The notes under the pieces are model-generated. The model did not search any database. It had not been told where the DNA came from and worked only from the letters and a program-made list of their open reading frames with translations. A program made the position numbers and the translations under genes. A stretch of 64,000 nt of DNA from Macrostomum lignano (Eukaryota), in NCBI GenBank assembly GCA_002269645.1, contig NIVC01001456.1, positions 62,001-126,000 on the forward strand, read 5' to 3'. Below are positions 23,076-64,000 of the stretch, one piece after another (the first letter of the stretch is position 1; each line of letters begins with the position of its first letter).

Positions 23076-24163
23076 AGGGGCTACTAAAACACTATGGATA
23101 GATATAATAGATAGATTAAGTGTCGATAAATGTGACTTCATTTAGAAAAATAAAATAGCGCAAACTGCATTTGTTTAATATGACTGGGCAAAATCTAGAT
23201 AGACAATCTGGTTTATTAATTTAACTCACGAATTAAAGGCACATTAAAAAATTAAACAATCAAGTTTTCAAGTGTTAGCAAAAATAAAAAAGACAACAAG
23301 AATTTCCAGCAGGAAGTACAAGTCGCCTTTGCGGAAATAAATTGGTCAATTAATACGTAATTCTAAGATCCGTTGATGGCTTTAGCGGTAATATATAAGT
23401 AGTTTAGCAGGCGTTTCATCAGTAGCAAGTAGCGATCATGGACAACTGAAGTAGGGCGCTGCAGTCCAGTTCATTTCTAAGAAAATGGAGAACAATGTCC
23501 TTTCACTTCAGCTGTCTATGGTAGAGATAATCTGGATAAAAAACAAGCAAAGCAAAGAAGCTCTAAAAGCGGTTGATATTCGTCCCTCCTGCCTCTTGTG
23601 CCCCTTTCCGACCCCTTGGCCTGGCCTCCAATATAGAGCTGGATAGGTGATACCCTTGAGGCTTGCAGCCCTATAGGTTTTGCGGTTGCCTGACAGGAGA
23701 CTCGCCCTCGGAAACAAGCCTTCCAGACTCGCTCCAAAATTATGCCATTTCCGAGACTTCTGGGTCTCCCCGCTCTCGGGCTGCTTTTTAGTAGTATCCC
23801 AAACATTTTTCCAATTATTTTTTTTCGCCCACTCCCGGGACTTGTCTGCTGGGTGGTGGCTTGTGGGTGAACTTGGTCCTAGCACCGTCCCTGATTCCAC
23901 TTTTGGGTTGGCGGTGTCTTAGTCCATAGGTTTGGGTTGGCAGATTCCCCTGGCCCAGACGTCAGGGTCCAATCTCGGGGTATCTCGGGCTATATGCCCC
24001 TGGTAGTGCCCCTCAGCGGCAGAGCCCCTCCCAGGGCTGATCCGCGGGTAGCTCCCGGCTTCCCACCCCCGTTTAACAGCAACAAAAGCGAATTGAGTCC
24101 GACCAATTATAAGCTCCCATATCACAGCTTCCACCATAGTAGTTGATAGTTGATGAAGCTGTC

Positions 24164-32177
<8,014 letters not shown>

Positions 32178-32733
32178 CTCCAGAAAATTTCAACGCTCTC
32201 AACTCTGAACCAAGCGGCCGTGTGGCGCATGCATGTAGATTTGTAATGATTTAAGAAGGCTAGCGAGAGCTAAAGTTGATCAATACGATTGTGGGACCCT
32301 GAGCAGCAACTCGCCATTGGCTGAGAGCTCTCTCATTAGAATACCTGTGCCCCCCTCCCTGCACTCTGTTTACTCACCTTAACTCTGTCTGAAAACTTTG
32401 TCCAAGCTGTAGAGAAATGTACGAGAAAATTTATGTAATCAAAAGTCTGCATTCTGGCTCTGTTGGGCTCCATAGGAATTGCGCCGCAGACTGGCACAGC
32501 AAGCCGTCTTGAGGAAAGATTGACTGAATTTTTTTAAGTGCACATTTTCTAAGCGCTCACTATGCAAACCATGAAGAATATCTGTGATGCATGCGAAAAG
32601 TCCGTTGAGTATGTAAATTCAATTGCTATATCCAACCGCACAAAATTAATATATTGAAGAACGATGTACCACTAAGTAGGCAAGAATGCTATCAGTTTTA
32701 GAAAAACTCAAGACGGTTTTCCTTCAACTTTCT

Positions 32734-33178
<445 letters not shown>

Positions 33179-33605
33179 TAACAGAGCATTTTGCTTCAAA
33201 TTGCACGTTGGAATCCCTAAAAGAAAATTTCTTTCCCACCCCAGCTGCCCGGTGTATCGATTGGTTAACTTTTCATTCCCTGCTTAGTTCAGCTCAGCTT
33301 CTTTTGTACTCAAGCCACAGCCTGCCCATGCTCAGTCATTGTTGTGCTCAACACAGTCGCACAGTCACCATGGAGACGCTGGCACACATAGTCTTCTGGC
33401 AGTCTGGGCACAAAAGCCACTTCTAGCTGTTCCCCGCAGTTCCACGGGCTTCCCTCCTGCTCTGCGTCTCTCTGCTCTCTCAAGTCCGGCTCTTGGAGTG
33501 TTGGAGCGACCAAAATAGCTTTCTATAGGGCTGTAGTTGATGATGGTGCGTTGGGTGGGCTGTTTATTTCATTAAAGTGCATTATGTCAATACAGTTACG
33601 GATAC

Positions 33606-34165
<560 letters not shown>

Positions 34166-35210
34166 AGGCGCATAGCAAACAGCTTGCATACTGCAGTGTT
34201 GCGGTCGCTAAGCTGAGTTTTTGTGCACCTATCGCTTCCATATCAATCTGTCAGTTTTCCAGAGCGCGCAAGTCTTAGAGTTGCTGTGCAAGTTTCATGA
34301 CAGACAGTTGTCTGCAGAATTGTATTGTATATTTTATTAGCAACGGCATGCTAAAAAGTTTTATTGCAAAGTTCTCTGTCAATGCCTTCCCAAGCGATAC
34401 TTTTTTGCTTCTCGCATTTGTACTTTTTTTGTAAATCTTTGATAGCCAAAAAATCTATCAATGGCTGTCTTCTTTGTCTGCTTGAGTGCAACCCGCATTT
34501 AGGAGCATTCTTTTATTGTAGAAGTTTTCAAGCAGATCGAAAAGTTAAACTTACCTTTACCAAGCTGAGTTTAGCTGAGTTAGAAATGTCTTTCAGTAAT
34601 CATAAAAGTCTTCTTTCAATACTTTAAAAAAATAGCTGGAACCACTGATGTAAAATGTGATCTCTATTGGGTAAATACCGGCGTAAATGGAATGTTTCTC
34701 TTTGCTTTATCGAGCCAGTTTTTACCATAAACTATGCGCTAGACATTTCAAGTAAATTCTTACTCGTGCGTGTCATCGGCGAAAAACAGACATTAAAAAC
34801 CACTTTTAGCTACTGATAGTATAATAAATAGCACTTTGCTGATTTATACTTTTATTTGTTCTGATAAAATTTTAAGTTTTGTTTTTATAAAATTATGCAG
34901 ATAAAAGTTACAATTAACGTTCAACGCACATAATTAACAAATTTTATAATGTAAGGCTGATTGCCGTTAAAAGTACTTCCGTTGTTTTTTGTTTAAATCG
35001 ATTCGGTTAAAATTTTCCGGAATTGAATCTTCGTTAAAAAATAGGGCCCAAAGTTCCTTGGATAACCGCATGATTTTGCATAAAAATAAAAAATTATGAT
35101 TTTTAATGCAACAGGCGATAAAATGACTGACACCTATGAAAAATATTCTTTGTAAATGGTTTTTAAGTTTTGCTGAATGCAGAAGGAGGAGTTCTTGTCA
35201 TCTGATTAGA

Positions 35211-58716
<23,506 letters not shown>

Positions 58717-59164
58717 GTCGTCATTGTCCCCTGTCAAAACAGGCAAAGCTCATTTTGAAATGGGATAATGTTGACATGATGGATAATAAATTCCAATGAA
58801 ATCATCAAAATCATCATCAATAGTCTTCTGATCGTCTATAGCTGTCAATCATTTTTAGTTGACAATGGAATTGACGACTAACTTTAACTCACTACAAACT
58901 TTGAAAGGATTTTGTAATTTAAAACGAATTATTTCCTTTGAAATTTTTGCCTCTCTGTGATGGTATAAAATGCTACGTTTAAAAATCACAAAGCAGATTG
59001 AGAGACGTTTCCACGGACCAACTGAATTATTTAACCCCGATAAAGATACGATTATGCAAGCAAAATTTCATCTGGCCATGATGATGCTGCTGCTGGCATT
59101 TCTGCTCTCTGCTCAGCTCGTAAGATAACAGGATTTTGAATATTTGTGTGTTTATCGCCTCTTA

Positions 59165-59465
59165 ATACCATAGACACTGATTTTTGTGTGTTTGTGAGCG
59201 CTGCAGGACCATAGATACTGACTTTTTGTGTTTGTGAGCAGTGCAGGACCATAGACACTGATGTTTTGTGTGTTTGTGAGCGCTGCAGGACCATAGACAC
59301 TGATGTTTTGTGTGTTTGTGAGCGCTGCAGGACCATAGGCACTGATGTTTTGTGTGTTTGTGAGCGCTGCAGGACCATAGGCACTGATGTTTTGTGTGTT
59401 TGTCCTTGCAGGACCATAGGCACAGATGTTTTATGTCCTTGTGAGCGGTGCAGGACCATAGACAC
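59165..59465. repeat. ~41-bp minisatellite, ~7 units
   Basis: GCGCTGCAGGACCATAGRCACTGATGTTTTGTGTGTTTGTGA recurs. Confidence 0.9.
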
Positions 59466-59899
59466 TGGTTTACTTTATCAGTTCAATTCTTTTTTATAAT
59501 TAATTATTTGTCATAATTCTATTCACGAGTATTTTAACTAAATACAGTCGAATGGTAATCTCAATCGAGTCGGAGGAGGAAGAAGTCCAGCCAATCCTGA
59601 AATGCGTCAAGGTCAGGTGGAGCAGCCGGAGGAGCACAGCTCGTCTGACATTGGCAGCCCGCCGCTCTGCAGCCTGAGCAGCTATTGCGTGAATGACAGG
59701 CCGCCAGATGAGTGAGATGGCAGCTTGCGTCATATAGACTATTTGGCACCCGCATCTCACTGAAAGGCAGTTATGAGCTCGTAAAATGACGCAAATATAT
59801 AATATCTGACCGAAGCAAGGCATCTCGTTAATTGGTTTTTCTCCGAGTACCTGAAGCTCTCGTTATTTGTTTTGTTGTCTTTGGGTTTTCTGCATGTAC

Positions 59900-61450
59900 G
59901 AGTCTGCCTCTCCTCCCTGTCTCTTATCTATGAGTCTGCTTCTCCACTCTGTCTCTTATCTATGAGTCTGCCTCTCCTCCCTGTCTCTTATCTATGAGTC
60001 TGCCTCTCCACTCTGTCTCTTATCTATGAGTCTGCCTCTCCTCCCTGTCTCTTATCTATGAGTCTTCCTCTCCACTCCCTGTCTCTTATCTATGAGTCTT
60101 CCTCTCCACTCCCTGTCTCTTATCTATGAGTCTTCCTCTCCACTCCCTGTCTCTTATCTATGAGTCTTCCTCTCCACTCCCTGTCTCTTATCTATGAGTC
60201 TGCCTCTTCACACTTTCTCTTATCTATGAGTCTGTCTCTTATCTATGAGTCTGCCTCTCCACTCTGTCTCTTATCTATGAGTCTGCCTCTCCTCCCTGTC
60301 TCTTATCTATGAGTCTTCCTCTCCACTCCCTGTCTCTTATCTATGAGTCTTCCTCTCCACTCCCTGTCTCTTATCTATGAGTCTTCCTCTCCACTCCCTG
60401 TCTCTTATCTATGAGTCTTCCTCTCCACTCCCTGTCTCTTATCTATGAGTCTGCCTCTTCACACTTTCTCTTATCTATGAGTCTGTCTCTTATCTATGAG
60501 TCTGTCTCTTCAAACTTTCTCTTATCTTTGAGTCTGCCTCTCCACTCCCTGTCTCTTATCTATGAGTCTGTCTCTTATCTATGAGTCTGTCTCTTATCTA
60601 TGAGTCTGTCTCTCCACACTGTCTCTTATCTATGAGTCTGTCTCTCCACACTGTCTCTTATCTATGAGTCTGCCTCTTCACACTTTCTCTTATCTATGAG
60701 TCTGTCTCTTATCTATGAGTCTGTCTCTTCAAACTTTCTCTTATCTTTGAGTCTGCCTCTCCACTCCCTGTCTCTTATCTATGAGTCTGTCTCTTATCTA
60801 TGAGTCTGTCTCTTATCTATGAGTCTGTCTCTCCACACTGTCTCTTATCTATGAGTCTGTCTCTCCACACTGTCTCTTATCTATGAGTCTGCCTCTTCAC
60901 ACTTTCTCTTATCTATGAGTCTGTCTCTTATCTATGAGTCTGTCTCTTCAAACTTTCTCTTATCTTTGAGTCTGCCTCTCCACTCCCTGTCTCTTATCTA
61001 GGACTCTGTCTCTTATCTATGAGTCTGCCTCTCCACACTGTCTCTTATCTATGAGTCTGCCTCTTCGCAGTTTCTCTCTTATCTATGAGTCTGCCTCTCC
61101 ACTCCCTGTCTCTTATCTATGAGTCTGTCTCTCCACACTGTCTCTTATCTATGAGTCTGCCTCTCCACTCCCTGTCTCTTATCTAGGACTCTGTCTCTTA
61201 TCTATGAGTCTGCCTCTCCACACTGTCTCTTATCTATGAGTCTGCCTCTCCACAGTTTCTCTCTTATCTATGAGTCTGCCTCTCCACTCCCTGTCTCTTA
61301 TCTATGAGTCTGTCTCTCCACACTGTCTCTTATCTATGAGTCTGCCTCTCCACACTGTCTCTTATCTATGAGTCTGCCTCTCCACACTGTCTCTTATCTA
61401 TGAGTCTGCCTCTCCACACTGTCTCTTATCTATGAGTCTGCCTCCCCGCT
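59900..61450. repeat. Composite 18/32/34-bp minisatellite (TATGAGTCTGCCTCTCCACTCCCTGTCTCTTATC)n
   Basis: Read directly. Confidence 0.95.
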
Positions 61451-62029
61451 CCCTGTATCATATCTTATTAGTAAAGGAACGTATAAAATGCTTAAGACTA
61501 TTTCAGGCTATAGACGTTTTATGAAACACTGTAACCTTTGGCCAATAGTTAGTTAGGAGTTGTTTAAAAATTATTTCGTTGTATAGCTCGTATGTAGCAC
61601 TTCATGAATATTTTCGAATTATTATATAAGTGAATATATATTTTTTAACTTTCTAAAAAACTGTCATAGCAAGGGGTAACAACTGATCGATTCTCAATAT
61701 CAAATTTGAGATTCCAAACAGAAAGTCAAGGAAGCTCCGGGATATCAGCTCGAATACTTGTACATCAGGATTAGCATTTGGAAGGCTCGACAATAAATAC
61801 GTGGAATAAAAATTCATTTCAGCTACTAGAAGTAGGCGAATAGCGCAGCTATTCTGAAGCGATGCAAGCTAGCAAAAATTGAAGTCATATTCTTACTTAT
61901 TTTAGTTATTTTAAAATTTGAGCGGAACTCTTGCAGATAAAAAGTCATTTTAGCTTAATAATGTCACAATAAAATTATTTTTTTCTTGACTAGAATGCAA
62001 ACGATTGTTTTGCCAGCACCAACTGACAT

Positions 62030-62820
62030 TCTCAAGCCAATCTCTAATCTCAAGCCAATCTCTAATTTCAAACCAATCTTTAATCTCAACCCAAATCTCT
62101 AATCTCAAGCCAATCTCTAATCTCAAGCCAATCTCTAATCTCAATCCAAATCTCTAATCTCAAGACAATCTCTAATCTCAAGCCAATCTCTAATTTCAAT
62201 CCTAATCTCTAATCTCAAACCAATCTCTAATCTCAAGCCAATCTCTAATCTCAAGCCAATCTCTAATCTCAACCCAAATCTCTAATCTCAAGCCAATCTT
62301 TAATCTCAACCCAAATCTCTAATCTCAAGCTAAATCTCTAATCTCAATCCAATCTCAAATCTCAAGCCAATCTCTAATCTCAAGCCAATCTCTAATCTCA
62401 ACCCAAATCTCTAATCTCAAGCCGATCTCTAATCTCAAGATAAATCTCTAATCTCAAGCCAATCTCTAATCTCAGGCCAATGTCTAATCTCAGGCCAATG
62501 TCTAATCTCAAGCCAATCTATAATCTCAAGCCAATCTCTAATCTCAAGCCAATCTCTAATCTCAAGCAAATCTTTAATCTCAAGCCAATCTCTAATCTCA
62601 AGCCAATCTCTAATCTCAGGCCAATGTCTAATCTCAAGCCAATCTCTAATCTCAAGCCTAATCTCTAATCTCAAGCCAATCTCTAATCTCAAGCCAATCT
62701 CTAATCTCAAGCCAATCTCTAATCTCAAGCAAATCTCTAATCTTAAGCCAATCTCTAATCTCAAGCAAATCTCTAATCTTAAGCCAATCTCTAATCTAAA
62801 GCCAATCTCTATTCTCAGCT
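62030..62820. repeat. 18-bp satellite (AATCTCTAATCTCAAGCC)n
   Basis: Read directly; source of the LEIRDW and SNLKPI ORFs. Confidence 0.93.
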
Positions 62821-62826
62821 TCATTG

Positions 62827-64000
62827 TCACACAGCGGCGGAGGAATCGGCGGGTGTCGTCGCCGCTGGCCCGGCGAACTCGATGGTCAGCTCTCTCCGCA
62901 GCGTGCCCAGCAGAGCTCGGGTGTCGCTGCCCGGTCTGGCAGCCAGATGTCGAACGACATCCCATTCGTCGTGATCGGCGGTGGCCGACAAGGCAGTCGC
63001 TCTCGACGCCTCGGATTCGTCGTTGCTTTCATCGTTGCCGCCGGCGCCGCCGCTGCCGCTGTTGATGTTGACAGCGAAGGTCCGGCTGGATCCAGCAGGA
63101 CGAGGTTGGACGCTGATCAGTCGAGAGCTGGAGGCCGCTGGTTCGGGTGGCTGCGGCGGCCGCGGCTCCGACAGGTTCTGACGGCGCAAGTCCTGGGGTT
63201 TGGAGAATATGTGGTGTTTTTGGAGAAACTTTTAGCAATTTCATACTACTGACTTGATGCAGTAGAGTGTTGCGAGAGTTTTTCTATCATGATGCGAATC
63301 CACGTGACTGTTAACAAGTTAAAAAGTTCACGATTGAGATCATAAGTGACTTTATGAGTGAGGTCATAAGGGACTTTATGAGTGAGGTCATAAGGGACTT
63401 TATGAGTGAGATCATAAGGGACTTTATGAGTGAGGTCATAAGGGACTTTATGAGTGAGGTCATAAGGGACTTTATGAGTGAGGTCATAAGGGACTTTATG
63501 AGTGAGGTCATAAGGGACTTTATGAGTGAGATCATAAGGGACTTTATGAGTGAGGTCATAAGTCACTTTATGAGTGAGTTCATATCATATCAATTAAAAC
63601 TTGCTTTAAGCATATGGAAAAGTAAAAGTAACAACTATGTACTTTAATTTTTTATTGATATCAAATACTTTAAATAGTCGACTCACCTCCTCAAGCATGG
63701 GTCTGAGTTTGGCCAACTGGTCCCCAGTTCGGTAGGGCGAAGGCAGAGTCTGGGCTCGATGTGCCGTCGACATCTCCAGGCTGTCAATGTCCACTGAAAG
63801 TTTTGGTTGTCAAGGCAGTTTATGAAATTATGCTTGAGAATTACTCAGTTAATGGTAGCGAGGAGGGACTACCGGTGTGGCCCTCTGGTTGGATTCCCTC
63901 GGTGCCCCCATAGCCCTCACTCCTGCAAGTATTTATTATGCATGAATATGCTTACTTGCAACCGCTTCAAATCGGGTATCGTCGTTATCGGATTTTCGCC
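62827..64000 (-). CDS. 3' exons of an unidentified gene entering from the right edge
   Basis: Phase-consistent exons >=64000-63956, 63793-63687 and 63192-62827 (…TRFEAVAMDIDSLEM…LRPMLEEDLRRQNLSEP…SAAV*). No domain recognised. Confidence 0.65.
63335..63580. repeat. 24-bp minisatellite (GTCATAAGGGACTTTATGAGTGAG)n
   Basis: Read directly. Confidence 0.93.

Noticed and set aside
33310-33513. Extra upstream coding exon of TMC
   Set aside because: The composition is exon-like but I found no convincing in-phase donor and no TMC similarity. It may be UTR.

Overview
This is eukaryotic (animal) genomic DNA: GC-rich GT-AG exons separated by AT-rich introns packed with tandem repeats. The style resembles a free-living flatworm such as Macrostomum, but that is inference. 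Most ORFs in the six-frame track are repeat artefacts or exon pieces, so I rebuilt the genes by hand from splice sites and reading phase. From left to right: (1) 1-14.1 kb is a cluster of four paralogues of an uncharacterised ~180-aa protein. The two copies with complete models end in a tiny terminal exon encoding a CaaX prenylation motif, one copy is truncated by the window edge, and one is a pseudogene. They are interspersed with Crypton-like, Tc1/IS630, mariner, Ty3/Gypsy, LINE and SINE relics. (2) An 8-exon, ~780-aa annexin whose N-terminus looks like the DZANK1 Fn3-associated domain, head-to-head with an intronless CFAP107/C1orf158 gene. (3) An 11-exon TMC channel gene. (4) A ~28-exon otoferlin-like type II ferlin. 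Its probable first intron holds an antisense Ly6/uPAR gene and ~70 tandem copies of its own start codon plus 5' splice site. (5) The 3' exons of an unidentified gene at the right edge. The strongest candidates for something new are the CaaX protein family, the DZANK1-annexin fusion and the start-codon/donor-site array. No CRISPR array, rRNA or true tRNA gene is supported.
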